Below, in pieces: positions 22,701-34,485 of a stretch of 53,466 bases of DNA. Within the stretch, counting starts at the first letter, position 1, and every line of letters begins with the position of its first letter. The position numbers were made by a program, and so were the translations under genes. Below the pieces are notes generated by a model, which was not told the DNA's origin, made no database searches, and saw nothing but the letters and a program-made list of their open reading frames with translations. Origin of the DNA: Rhizobium sp. (GTDB taxonomy: Bacteria > Pseudomonadota > Alphaproteobacteria > Rhizobiales > Rhizobiaceae); assembly GCF_003501385.1 (NCBI RefSeq), contig NZ_DNPN01000081.1; one strand, written 5' to 3'.

Positions 22701-25700
22701 CTGGAGCAAGCGGTATCCACCGCCAGACTCGGCCCCCGGAAATCCATCAGATAAGACAGACGGTTGGGGATGATCGACAGAGCAGCACCCGTCAGCGTAT
22801 GGGGCTGGATGGACTGGCCTGCGGCTTTCTGCACCTCAAGATAATCGGAATTGGTCAGGCCTATAAACACGCCGACCCGCTTTCCGGCCAGTTGCCCCGG
22901 TGCGTAACCGGCATTTTCAATGGCTGCCCAGGCCGTTTCCAGCAACAGGCGCTGCTGAGGGTCCATCAACGCAGCCTCGCGGGGTGAAATCCCGAAGAAG
23001 GCTGCATCAAACAGGTCCACATCGGTGATAAAACCGCCCCAGCGACCGCGTTCGCTCTCGCTGATCCGCCAATCCCATCGCGAGGCTGGAATTTCTTCCA
23101 ACAGATCGTGACCGGCGGTGATGTGATCCCAGAAGGTGGAAAGATCGGGTGACTGTGGCAACCGTCCCGCCATGCCGATAATCGCCGTCGCGCCCGCTGC
23201 AACCGGGCTGGAAAGCCTGTCTCTCTCCTCTGCGGATGGATTGGCGAGTCCTGCATGCGATACCGTGGTATCGGATGGCACCAGCGTCGAAATATGCCGG
23301 GCAAGCGCCTCGACACTTGGATGGGCGTAGAAAGCCGTGGGTGACAGCGTCATGCCGAAGACCTGAGACAATTTTTCGCTCAACACCGTCAGCCCTACAG
23401 AACTGAGGCCCAGCTCACCGAAGCGCGAGGCCAGGCGCACTTTTTCAAGCGGCACACCCGCGCTTTGGGCGACAATCTCAAACAGGGTCTGTTCAAGGTT
23501 GCCGCTTTCCATCGCTGCACTCTGCATTGCAACCTGATGATCAGAGTTGACGGGGACGATGTCATCCAGCTCCATAGTCGCCAGCCGCCCCCGGTCCGTC
23601 TTGCCATTGGGCAGACGGGGCAAGGCCTCCAGCCGCTGCAATACGGCGGGTATCATGTAGCCCGGCAAATTCTGCTGCAACATGGACGGATCAAGAATAC
23701 GATCTGCCACATAAAAGCCCCGCAAAACGACGCCATCGGCGCTTTCGGATTTGGCCAGCACAACGGCAGCATCGCGAACGCCCGGCTGGCGGCGCATGAC
23801 ATTTTCAATCTCGCCCAGTTCCACCCGATAACCACGGATTTTAACCTGATTGTCGATGCGCTCTAGATATTGGATTTCGCCATTGCCCAACATCCGCACC
23901 AGATCGCCCGTGCGGAACATGCGCATGGATGATCCATCAGCCTGCCGCACAAACACAAAGCGCTGCCCGGTGAGTTCGGGCTTGTTGTAATAACCCCGCG
24001 CCACGCCCGCACCACCAATGCAAAGTTCGCCCGGCAAGCCGGGTGCCACTGGCTCCAGTTGCTCATTCAGAATCATCAATGCGGTCTTGTCCGCCGCACG
24101 GCCAATCGTGGGCACGGCATTGCCCTGATAGCGTGACAGCATCGACCAGATGGTGGTTTCCGTCGGTCCGTAAAGGTTCCAAAGTGACTTGCCGCGTGTC
24201 AGAAGGGCATCGGCGGTGTTTTGGTCAATGGCCTCGCCCCCCGTCCAGATATTCAGCGCAGGATCGCCCTGCCAGCCAGTGGCCAGCAACATTTTCCAGG
24301 CACTTGGCGTGGCCTGCACCACGGTGGCAACGCTTGTTTCCAATGCCTTACGGAAGGAACGGCCATCAGATAGGTCATCTGATCCGGCAACAACCAGCGA
24401 ACCACCGCTGATCAGTGGCAGATATAGTTCGACTGCGGCAATATCGAAGCAAATTGTCGTCACCGCAAACAGCCGGTCCGCCGTGCTAAAGCCCGGATTC
24501 TGCTGCATCGACAACAGGATATTGGCAAGCCCACCATGGGTAACCTCCACCCCCTTGGGCAAACCCGTCGAGCCGGACGTGTAGATGATGTAGGCCGTGG
24601 TGTTTTCATCGACCGGGGCGGGCTGTGCCACCGGAAGATTGTTATGTTGCGGTGGCATGTTTTCCAACGGCACACTTTCCAACGGCAGGCGCGGCACCGA
24701 TGTGCTGCCGAGCTGCGGTTCCAGCGCCTGCGTGGTAATGATCAGCTTCGGCTTGCAATCCTCCAGAATATGGGCAATGCGATTGGCCGGATAGACCGGG
24801 TCCAGCGGCACATAGGCAGCACCCGCCTTCATCACGGCGAACAGAGACACCACCATATCCACAGAGCGCTCGACAAAAATGCCGATGATCTGGCCATTGC
24901 CTGCGCCTCGACTGATCAGCAGATGGCACAGTTGATCAACGCGCCGCGCAAGATCACTGTAACGGAGGGTCTGATCACCACATTGCACCGCCAAGGACTG
25001 CGGACGCCATGCTGCCTGATCGGCAAACAACTGATAGACGGACTTGAATGGCGCAACCTGCGCAAATGTGGGCGGCAAAGGGTTCACCATATGCGTCGCC
25101 GCTTCCTTAGGCAGCAGCGGCAAGGTGGCAATGCTGCGCTCAGGCTCGCTGACCACAGCTTGCAACATGGCAATCAGATAGTCACGAAGCCGCACAATGG
25201 TGGCTTCAAAGAACAATTCACGATCATATTTCAGCGTAAAGCCAAGGGTTTCACCCCCATCAATCACATCCAGTGTCAGGTCGAACTCCCCTTCCTGATG
25301 AATACCGGCAAAGGGGCCTTGAATGAGATCGTTCGAAGATGAGGTTTTGAGCCAACCCTGAAAATAATAGGCAGCACGCAAGATGTCGTTGAGCGGCCCC
25401 TGACCGTTTTGCGCAAGCTGTGTCAGCAGCCTTGGCAGTGGCAGATTGGCATGTTCGAGACCAGAAAGAACACGGCCATGCACCTGCTTTAAAAGGGTAC
25501 GGAAATCCTGATCCGGGGTTATCGCGGTGTGCAGGATCATCAGATTGGCGAAATAGCCAACGACATCTGTGAATTTCCCAACCGGGCGGCCTGCCGTCAC
25601 CACCCCAATGGTTGCCGCTTCGCTGAGACTGAAGCGATAGAGAAGCACCAGATAGGCGCTGAGCGTGACACTGGACAACGAAGCACCGTTTTCACCAGCA

Positions 25701-28700
25701 AAAGCCCGCAATTGCCGCGTGAGATCGGCATTGATCACGCCTTCCAGACTTGCTCCGTTCAAACCGGAACGACCTTTGCGTGGATGGTCATAGGGCAAGG
25801 CCTGCGGCACCAGCTGACCCTCCAACTGTTCCCGCCAATAGGCGGCATCGCGCTCACCCTGTTGCCCCGACAGGCTTTCCGCCTGCCATGCCACAAATTG
25901 CCCATAGGTTGATCCGGGCGCGGCAAGTTGGGCTGGCCTACCTGCCACATGGGCAGCATAGGCCTTTTGCACCTGCTCAAGCACAAGGGCGAAGGACAAA
26001 CCATCGATGACGATGTGATGAAAGCATAAGAGCAGAACAGGCGGTTGGACGGGAAGGTGAAACAATACGGCCCTCAACAGCGGACCTCGGTAAAGATCAA
26101 ACACCCGCCCTGCCTCATGGCGCATGGTCTCCAGCGCAACCGCCGCATCCATGCGCGAAAGGTCGCGCTGCTCGAAAGAACCGGCCTGCTGTGGCTGAAT
26201 CAACCAGACAGGCTCTCCCATCTCAAGCGTCAAGATCGCGCGCAATTGCTCATGACCATCCACCACGGTCTGCAAGGCCTGATGCAGGGCCGAGATATTC
26301 ACGGTTGGGTTCAGATTGAGCGCAAACGGCACAATATAGGCGCGGGTCCCCGGCTCGACCCTTTCCAGATCAGCCAATGCCTTCTGGCCTATGGACAGCG
26401 GATGCGTGAAGGCGGGTCTGGTCACTGGGCCATGCTTCACACTGGCGGAAACCCTGATGTCTTGCGCAACAGCCTCCGGCAAAGTACGGCGTGGTAGCTG
26501 AGGCCTAAGGCTTGCGATATATCGCGCCAGTTCGTTGAGGGTTGGATAGACAAAGAAATCTGAAAGTTTGATGGTGAGTTTAAGGCGGGTTTGCAAGGCA
26601 TCGGCCACCCGCAAGCCCACCAGCGAATCCAATCCGTAATCGGACATCCGCCTGTCTGGGGCGATCTCTTCGCCAAGCTTGAGCACTTCGGCAATGATCG
26701 TGCCGATTTCACGGATATCATCCTGTAATTCAACAGTTTCTATCGTCTGTTCAAGGCAAGACGGGTCTTCAGAAGATACAACCGCAGCCTGACCTGCCAT
26801 TGTGTTTGAAGGGACAGAAATCTGCGCGGCATCTATAGCCACACCGCTTTGGGCGAGCAGAACATGCTGACCAAGATCGCGCGTCCCCGCACCGGGCAGC
26901 AGCGGTTGTGAGAAACCGGCCTGCTGCAACACGCGCCGCCATGCATCGAGTGAGCAAATGGGCGAATCCGCCAGTCGGTTTTCCTCATCGGCAAAACGCC
27001 ACCAGCCTTCCAGCACACCACCACTCAAGGTCAGCAGGGGCGTGACACGGGTGAATTCGTTGATGATCACCCAGCCGCCGGGCACGAGCAATTGCTTTGC
27101 CAGCGCCAAACTGGTGTCAATGCGGCGCGTGGCGTGAATGACATTGGTGGCGATCACCAGATCAAAGGAGGATGCCTCATAGTCCTGGCTCTGCGCATCG
27201 CACTCCAGATCCAGCAGTTTGAAGGTGACGAAATCGTATTTCTCCGCAAATTGCGCGGCACCACGATCCAGGAAAAATTTTGATAGATCGGTGTAAACAT
27301 AGTCCACATGCTGCGAAAACGCCGCGAGCGCTTCGAGGACCCACCGGGTGGTCGAGCCCGTGCCTGCACCGAATTCGATAATCCTGATCTTCTGCTGCGG
27401 TCCAAGCGTAGACATCCGCTGCTGCACGTTATGGCGAACGGCATGGGCGACAATGTGGTTAAACGTGTCGGCAAGAACATTATCGCGGTAAAGCCCCTCC
27501 ATCAAATGGCTGGAGCCGCCGGGGAACAGCACCTCCATAGCGCTGATCTTGCCGCGCAAGATCTCTGGATATTGGGAGAGAACAGCACTTGTTACTTTGG
27601 CTGTCGAGCGCACATCCGCCATATCGGCGGCAATCTGGTTGCACTCTTTTAGCCAGCCATCGCCATCCGCCCTCTCGGCACACTCGCTCACGCGGGCCGT
27701 CGTCTCGATGTCATCACAGATAATCTGCACATAGCCTGCCTGCGCCAGCACATTTAGTGCGGCATCAAACAGACGACGATAGGTCTCGATAATTCCAAGC
27801 TGCTGGAAAAGCGCTTGGCGGTTGTGTCGTTCAGCCCCACGGCGGAAAATCCCCATGCGGCGCAAGGCACCCAGCAAGCCATATTCGGCAAGCACAATAA
27901 GCCTGTCATAGCGCGCAAGCATGGCATCTATCGTGGCTTGATCGACCGCTATATCGGTTAAATCAGCAAAAACACCATCTTCCTTAGCCGTTAGCGCCTG
28001 AGAAGAAAGGCCAAAACGCTTGAGCGCGTCAGGTCGTGCCTCAATGGCAAGAATCTGTGGATGCGGGTTGCTGAGAACAGCGGGAAGAACCGAAAGGGCC
28101 GCGTGTGGGTCCAGCGGATCAATGCCCAGCGCCTTGAAGGTTTCGGCAAGACCTTCGCGTCCACCCGAACCAACATTGCCCCAATAACCCCAGTTGATGA
28201 CGCGCACGGGATAAGTCCGGCGTGCTGCCAGCATATGGGCGTAAGCATCCTGAATGCTGGAGGATGCACTATAGGCACCGTTGCCAGCTGCCGCCCCGAG
28301 AGCACCCACCGACGAGAAAAACAGCATGAAATCCAGCGGCTTGCTGCCAAACGCCTGGTCGATGAGATGAGTGCCATCCACCTTGGTGGCCAAGGCCTGA
28401 CGAAAATCGCGGCGCGACTGTGCTGTCAAAAGCCGATCATCAAAGGTCATGGCAGAATGAATGACGCCATGGATGGGGCCAAAAGCCCGCTCTATCAGAT
28501 CGGCGGCATGATTGAGATCATCAAGACGGCTGCAATCGGCCTGCACGTGGATGATGTCACCACCAATTTTGCGGATTAGATCCATGCAAGCCTTAGCCTG
28601 TGGTGAAAGCACCCCGCGACTGATCCAGACAAGTCGCGCCTGATAAGTTACAGCCAGTTCATGGCTCAACAGTTGACCAATTCCCCCGTTGCCACCAACA

Positions 28701-31627
28701 ATCACATAAACGCCCTTATGGCGGAAGGGCGATGACCCGACAGACAATTGGCCGGTTTTGCCCAAGTGCCAACGATAGGTTTGGCCAGCACGCACCGCGA
28801 TGGTCTCGCCGCCGCCTTCGCGGACAGTGGTGGTGATAACGTTCAGCCAGCTCTCCAGCGTCTCGCCGCCAGAAAGAATTGCAGGAAAATCAATGCATTG
28901 AACGTGCGTATTGGGGCGTTCTTTGGCAATCACACGTGCAAGTGCGTGGACACCAGCACCGAGCGGATTTTCAACGGGTTCACCATGAACCGAAAAGGCA
29001 CCACGGGTAACAATGCGAAGGTCGACGGCTCGATCAGCCTGCGGGCGAGAACCGATTTTCTGCGCAAGATCAAACAGCGGTAAAAGCCGTTGATCGACGG
29101 CATCGCCAATGGCCTGCACCGCAGCAGGACTTGCGGCAAGAGGCAGGTAATAGGCCCGGTCAAAAGAATCGAGATCTGCAATTTTGTCTGCGAGCCTAGG
29201 GTCTTGCACACTCAGTTGTTCAACCACAGCGGTTGCATGATGGGCAGCAATGGTGCTTGCCAGACCAGCCGAGTTATCATCATGCACGATGACAACCCGA
29301 CCAATCATGCGAGCATCACCCGCTTGAACGTTAATTGGCTCCCACACCGGCTGATAGCAAAGTGCATCGCTTGCGGCTGAGTTGGGCGTCAGCAATGGCT
29401 GATCCTGCGTAGGCGATGTAATCATCGTGGGATCGATTGAGGTGGCGGCAATCGTTTGAGGCAGGTTCAACCAATAGGATTTGTTTTCAAACGGATAGGT
29501 TGGCAAGGCGATCCGTCGCCGTGATTTGGGTGGATGAAGTTGCTCCCAAGCGATATCGGCCCCTTCTACCCACAACTTCGCCAGTTCTGACCAATCCTTG
29601 CGCTTGACAGCCTCGGCAGAGACCGAAGACAAGGCCATGCGCCGCGTCGGATCAGCCTGCCCCATCAGCACAGACTCCGGCTGCTCACCCCGCGCCACAC
29701 TTTCCAACAGATGCTGCACCCTTGCGCCGTCACTCGCCATAAAGGCGAGACGAAAAGCCATGGGTTCGCGCGTCGTTTGCAGTGCATAAGCAAGATCATG
29801 CAGGTTGAGAGAAGAGACAGGCTGTTGCACCGGGCCCGTCATGGCTTTGACCATGGCCTGCAATGTTCCAGCCCTGGCCATATCTTCCGGGGTGATGTGA
29901 ACATCGGCTTCTCGCGCCACAATCTTTGAGAGCCCAGTGAATTCGGCCAGCGTAAAGCCATATTCACTCAGGTCGAGATCGTCCAGCAGGTCACTGTCGC
30001 GCACAGCGGCCATCTCTGCCACCATGCTGCGCAACCGCTGCAATGACACGGCCTCTTGCTGATAAGGATGGGATTGATCCGGCAACGCCTTGTTTAACTC
30101 GGCAACATGAACGGCCAGATTCGCAGCATAGACAGTGAGCCGCTCCTGTGTTCGCGCGGACAAAACAATGAGTTGCGGCTCAACCGGTGCTGCGGAAACA
30201 TCCGCTGCTGTCTTTGCCGGGGCGCTGTAACTCTCGACAATCAGATGCGCGTTGGCACCGCCGCCGCCAAATGAGCTTATCCCGGCCCGCAAAGGTACCT
30301 GCTTGATTTCGCCATTGGCTTTTTCCAGCCTTGGTGGCTGCCAAGGTATGAGCGTACGGCAAAGACTGAAGGGAGAATCCTCCAGCGAAATCTCAGGATT
30401 GAGCACATCGGCATGGAGCGAAGGGGCAATCTGGCCATGCTGGAATTGTAGCAAAACCTTGGTAAGCCCGGCAATGCCTGCCGCAGATTCCAGATGGCCA
30501 ATATTGCTTTTCAGAGAGCCAAGGGCAATTTCACCCCTCGGTGTACCATTCACCGCAAGAATTTCAGGATCATGACCTTGCGCAAAGGCTTTGCTCAATC
30601 CGGCGATTTCAATGGGGTCGCCAAGCGGCGTGCCAGTACCATGGGCCTCGACATAGCTGATCGTTCTCGGATCGATGCGGGCTTGCCGCAACGCGGCTTC
30701 AATAACATCAGCCTGCGCTGAAGTCCTTGGCACTGTGTAACCGCTGCTGCGTCCACCAGAATTGATCGCAGAGCCACGAATGACCCCATAAATGCGGTCC
30801 CCATCCATCACCGCCTGCAACAGGGGCTTCAGGATCACCGCACCAACCCCCTCGCCCGCCACGAAACCATCTGCACCCTCGCCAAAGCTTCGGCATTGGT
30901 CGGAATGAGAAATCATCCCACGCGCCGCCAACACGCGCATATGCGACGGATGCAGAATGAGATTAACCCCACCGGCAATAGCCACCTTGCACTCTTGCAG
31001 ACGAAGACTCTGGCACGCCAGATGAATAGCCGTCAGCGAGGCCGAGCAAGCCGTATCCAGAGCAAGACTGGGGCCTTTCAAATCAAGAATATGGGAGACC
31101 CGATTGGCGATCGACCAAGGAGACGAACCGGCCTCGGTCAGAATTCCGCGTGCCGATGCCTCACCCGCCATAAGATGATAGTCGCTGTTCATGGCACCGA
31201 CAAAAACACCAACCGGATTTTGGTCGGCCATCTGGCGGCGGGTGTAACCGGCATCTTCCAACGCCGTCCATGCGGTTTGCACAAACAGGCGCTCTTGTGG
31301 ATCCATATTTTCCGCTTCCAGCGGCGAGATCTGAAAGAAAAGCGGATCAAACGTATCGGCACCCTCAATGAAACCGGCCCATTTGCTGTAAGATTTTCCC
31401 TGTTTACCGTCTGCGTCATAATGCAGATCGGCATTCCAACGCTCAGGTGGAACCTCCCGAATAGCGGTACGGCCAGCCTGGATCAGCGACCAAAGCTGCT
31501 GAACATTCTCGGCACCGGGATAGCGTCCAGCAAGGCCGATGATGGCAATACCACCCTGCCCATGACGTTCAGATGCAACGGCCTGGCGCATCAAGGTATC
31601 CAGTTGCGCTCTTTTCCAATCAGTCAT
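7766..31627 (-). CDS. Hybrid trans-AT PKS/NRPS megasynthase (OzmH-like): KS-[ACP*]-KR-MT-ACP-C-A(Gly-like)-PCP-KS-DH-KR-ACP-KS-DH-ACP-MT-KR-ACP-KS0-KS-KR-ACP-docking
   Basis: 7953 aa ORF. Five KS active sites (DTACSAS, DTACSSA, DSMCSSA, DSACSSA, DTLCSSS). C domain HHIVIDG (~26001-26020). A-domain cores YTSGSTGLPKG, YGPTE and FRTGD. Two MTs (EFGAGTG, EAGAGTG). KR Rossmann motifs GGNGGIG, GGTGAIG, GGTRGIG, GGAGVVG. ACPs GLDS, GVDS, GIDS, GVDS, GVDS. No GHSxG AT domain. RBS-like AAGGATG just upstream of the ATG. Confidence 0.95.
23290..26400 (-). other. Internal NRPS module (C-A-PCP) within the 7953 aa protein
   Basis: C: HHIVIDG at ~26001-26020. A: FDIAAVE, VVQATP, WTGGE, NLYGPTETTIWS. PCP: FGELGLSSV at ~23395-23420. 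Boundaries approximate. Confidence 0.9.
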
Positions 31628-31631
31628 GACA

Positions 31632-31640
31632 CATCCTTTT
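31632..31640 (-). promoter_or_regulatory. Ribosome-binding site of the 7953 aa gene
   Basis: Minus strand reads AAAAGGATGTGTC-ATG; the AAGGA element ends 7 nt before the start codon at 31627. Confidence 0.6.
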
Positions 31641-31742
31641 AGGAACGTCGTTCGGGTTGAGAGCAGCTCTCGAAAACCCTTTGAAATGAATAGATCTATT
31701 TGTTTCTATTGTATTTTATGAAATAATAGCCGAAACAGCCGA

Positions 31743-34391
31743 TCAGGATGATCGCTCTGTCAGTCGCCCCGCACCGGTTGCCCGGCGTGATAATCTGGCG
31801 ATGAGTTGTTGATTAATCGCATCGTCATCCTCTTTTGGAGCAAAGCTTGCGACCAATTGCCCAAGCGTCGGGTGCTCGATGAGCAGAGACGGAGCCACCG
31901 ACTGATCCATCATGGCTGCAAGCTTTGCAGCCATCTGAATGAGCGCGAGGGACTCAATACCCATGTCAAAAAAGCGGGTATTAGGGTTCACCTCCTGAGG
32001 CTCAATTCCCAGAATCAACGCAATTTCATGGCGAATATAGCCATCAATCACATCTGGACGATCTGCCGCATTGGCAGCAGCATAGGCATTGCGCCATCGA
32101 TCACCCTGCGGGGCCTCATTTCGGTCGTCGATGACCTGTTCTCTTTGCGGTTCAATCCAAAAGCGCCTGCGTTCAAAGGGATAGGTCGGCAGGGCAACAC
32201 GGCGATTGTCTGCATCTGCACGCACCGCCTGCCAGTCGATAGCAACTCCCTGAACCCACAATGTGGCCAAAAGCCGGAGAACAAGGCTTGTGTCCTCAGC
32301 TTGCCGGACAGCAGGAGCCAGAAAAACAGGCACAAGATTGCGCCCAGTCAAAAACTCGACACCTCGATCAGGTGAAAAACCAGAGCTAATCCTTGCGGAA
32401 CTCAAGGGCATTGGCACAAAGGAATATGCATCGACGGGCCTGCTGTCCTCAGCCGAAAACCATGGCAGAACAGCAGGCGCGGGGACCACCCGAACCTCTG
32501 CCCCTGTTGCCAGTCGGACCAGATCAAAGAGCGACAAGGCTCCGGCGAAATGCGCAGCCAGGATGTCTGTGGATGAGGCACCCACCACCGCAGCAGGCGT
32601 GATACCCCATCGCTTCAGAGCTTCGGCCAGACCATACTGGAAAAGCAAAGAAGCCAATGGGCCGCCATTGGCGAAGACGTCTATCGCTCGCCATCCGTCA
32701 TCCGCCAGCAACAGGAATTGATCCACAGCCGCCCGGAACGCAGCAACGGCCTGATAGAGATGTTTGGCCGCAGCAGATGACACATCCTGCCCGGTAAAAA
32801 CGAAGGCAAGACGTTGCGAAGCGGTGGGCGAGGCTGTTCCAGACACAGTCCGGCTCTGATCCCGAAGGGCCAACGACATTGCGGCGTCAGGCGTGTTGTG
32901 ACCCATCACAGCCGTGCGATGGGTTTGCTCACGCCGTCCAAGCGCAAGCGTGAACGAGACCGCGCCTAACGGTAAATCGGTGTGGATTTTAAGATGATGT
33001 GCCAGTTTATCATTGAGTTGACCGAGGGCCGCGGGTGTGCGCGCAGAGGTGACCAGGATGCCATCCGACCAATGGGGGCGGACGGGTTGCCTTCTTGTCC
33101 ATTCCTCGACAATCACATGCGCATTGGTACCGCCGATGGCGAATGAACTGATCCCGGCCCGACGGGGTACCCCGTCTGTCAGCCAGGGCTTGACCTCGGT
33201 GTTGACGTAAAACGGACCTTCGGACAGATTGAGTTCGGGGTTGGGCGTTTGATAATTCAATGTTCCAACGAGCGTCTGATGTTTCATCATCAGCACCGTC
33301 TTCATCAGGCCTGCCATACCGGCTGCGGCCTCCAGATGGCCAATATTGGTTTTCACTGACCCCAGGGCGCAAGGCATGGTGCGCGGATTTCCAAGATCAA
33401 AAGCCTCCTTCAGCGCCGAAACTTCAATCGGATCACCAAGCGGGGTGCCCGAGCCATGGGCCTCCACATAGGAGATCGACTCTGGTGAGCAATCCGCAGC
33501 ATTTTGCGCCGCCACAATCACACGGCTCTGACCTACAATACTGGGAGCGGTATAGCCCGGCTTGGCCGCACCGTCGTTGTTGATCGCGGTTCCTTTGATC
33601 ACGGCATGGATGGTGTCTCCATCAGCAATCGCACGTGCAAGCGGTTTGATGACGGTGACCGCCGCGCCATTGCCAATCACCGTGCCTTTTGCCCGGGCAT
33701 CAAAGGCCCGGCAATACCCGTCAGGCGAGAACACCATGCCTTCTTGAAAGAAATAGCCTTCCTTTTGCGGTACGGCGATATGGGCGGTGCAAACCAGCGC
33801 CATGTCACTGTCGCCGGCCAACAGGCTTATGCAAGCCATATGCAGGGCAACAAGAGAGGTCGAGCAAGCACTATTGACGCCAAATGCCGGCCCCCGCAGG
33901 TTGAGGCGATAAGCGATGCGGGTTGCACCAAAATCCTTGTCACTGGCCAGCATGAACTGAAAGCGATCTACTGTGGAGCCTTTGGCAAACAAGCCAGCCA
34001 GATTGGTCAGCGCATAGGTATTCATACCGATACCGGCATATACCCCGATCCGGTGTGGGCTACGTTCGGGATCATAGCCGGAATGCTCCAATGCTTCCGT
34101 TGCGCATTCGAGCAAAATCCGCTGCTGCGGATCAAGCATCTCGGCCTCATCACGGGTCATGCCAAAATAATCGGCATCAAACATCTCAATATCGTCAAGG
34201 AAAGCGCCAGCCTTGACATAGGACGGATCGGCAAGATGCGCTTTCGGCACGCCACTGGCGATCAATTCCGCGTCATCCAGTCTGCGAATGGCCGAACGAC
34301 CTTCTTTCAGCAGACGCCAAAATGCATCCGGATCGTTTGCGGAGGGAAATCTGCAACTCATTCCAATAATGGCAATATCTGTTTCCGACAT
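31743..34391 (-). CDS. Single-module PKS, KS-[degenerate AT]-ACP (OzmQ-like), predicted to extend formyl-glycyl
   Basis: 882 aa. KS with SDKDFGATRIAYRLNLRGPAFGVNSACSTS, EAHGSGT and NIGH, resembling the KS type that follows NRPS modules. Truncated AT-like region (AFVFTGQ...RWGITPAAVVGASST). ACP FFDMGIESL. Strong GGAGG RBS upstream. Confidence 0.93.
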   Translation of the reverse strand: MSETDIAIIGMSCRFPSANDPDAFWRLLKEGRSAIRRLDDAELIASGVPKAHLADPSYVKAGAFLDDIEMFDADYFGMTRDEAEMLDPQQRILLECATEALEHSGYDPERSPHRIGVYAGIGMNTYALTNLAGLFAKGSTVDRFQFMLASDKDFGATRIAYRLNLRGPAFGVNSACSTSLVALHMACISLLAGDSDMALVCTAHIAVPQKEGYFFQEGMVFSPDGYCRAFDARAKGTVIGNGAAVTVIKPLARAIADGDTIHAVIKGTAINNDGAAKPGYTAPSIVGQSRVIVAAQNAADCSPESISYVEAHGSGTPLGDPIEVSALKEAFDLGNPRTMPCALGSVKTNIGHLEAAAGMAGLMKTVLMMKHQTLVGTLNYQTPNPELNLSEGPFYVNTEVKPWLTDGVPRRAGISSFAIGGTNAHVIVEEWTRRQPVRPHWSDGILVTSARTPAALGQLNDKLAHHLKIHTDLPLGAVSFTLALGRREQTHRTAVMGHNTPDAAMSLALRDQSRTVSGTASPTASQRLAFVFTGQDVSSAAAKHLYQAVAAFRAAVDQFLLLADDGWRAIDVFANGGPLASLLFQYGLAEALKRWGITPAAVVGASSTDILAAHFAGALSLFDLVRLATGAEVRVVPAPAVLPWFSAEDSRPVDAYSFVPMPLSSARISSGFSPDRGVEFLTGRNLVPVFLAPAVRQAEDTSLVLRLLATLWVQGVAIDWQAVRADADNRRVALPTYPFERRRFWIEPQREQVIDDRNEAPQGDRWRNAYAAANAADRPDVIDGYIRHEIALILGIEPQEVNPNTRFFDMGIESLALIQMAAKLAAMMDQSVAPSLLIEHPTLGQLVASFAPKEDDDAINQQLIARLSRRATGAGRLTERSS

Positions 34392-34401
34392 AACCGGCTT
34401 T

Positions 34402-34406
34402 CCTCC
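34402..34406 (-). promoter_or_regulatory. Ribosome-binding site of the KS-ACP gene
   Basis: Minus strand reads TTTTGGAGGAAAGCCGGTT-ATG; GGAGG lies 10 nt before the start at 34391. Confidence 0.7.
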
Positions 34407-34485
34407 AAAAACGAAATCTCAAAATTTATTTATAAAAATCAATATATTAATATAGAATATGGTCTCTCATTCCTGCAGATTTCCC

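Noticed and set aside
31654..31679. Rho-independent terminator after the KS-ACP gene
   Set aside because: The hairpin has no following U-tract on the coding (minus) strand and sits just before the next RBS. It is kept only as a low-interest structure.
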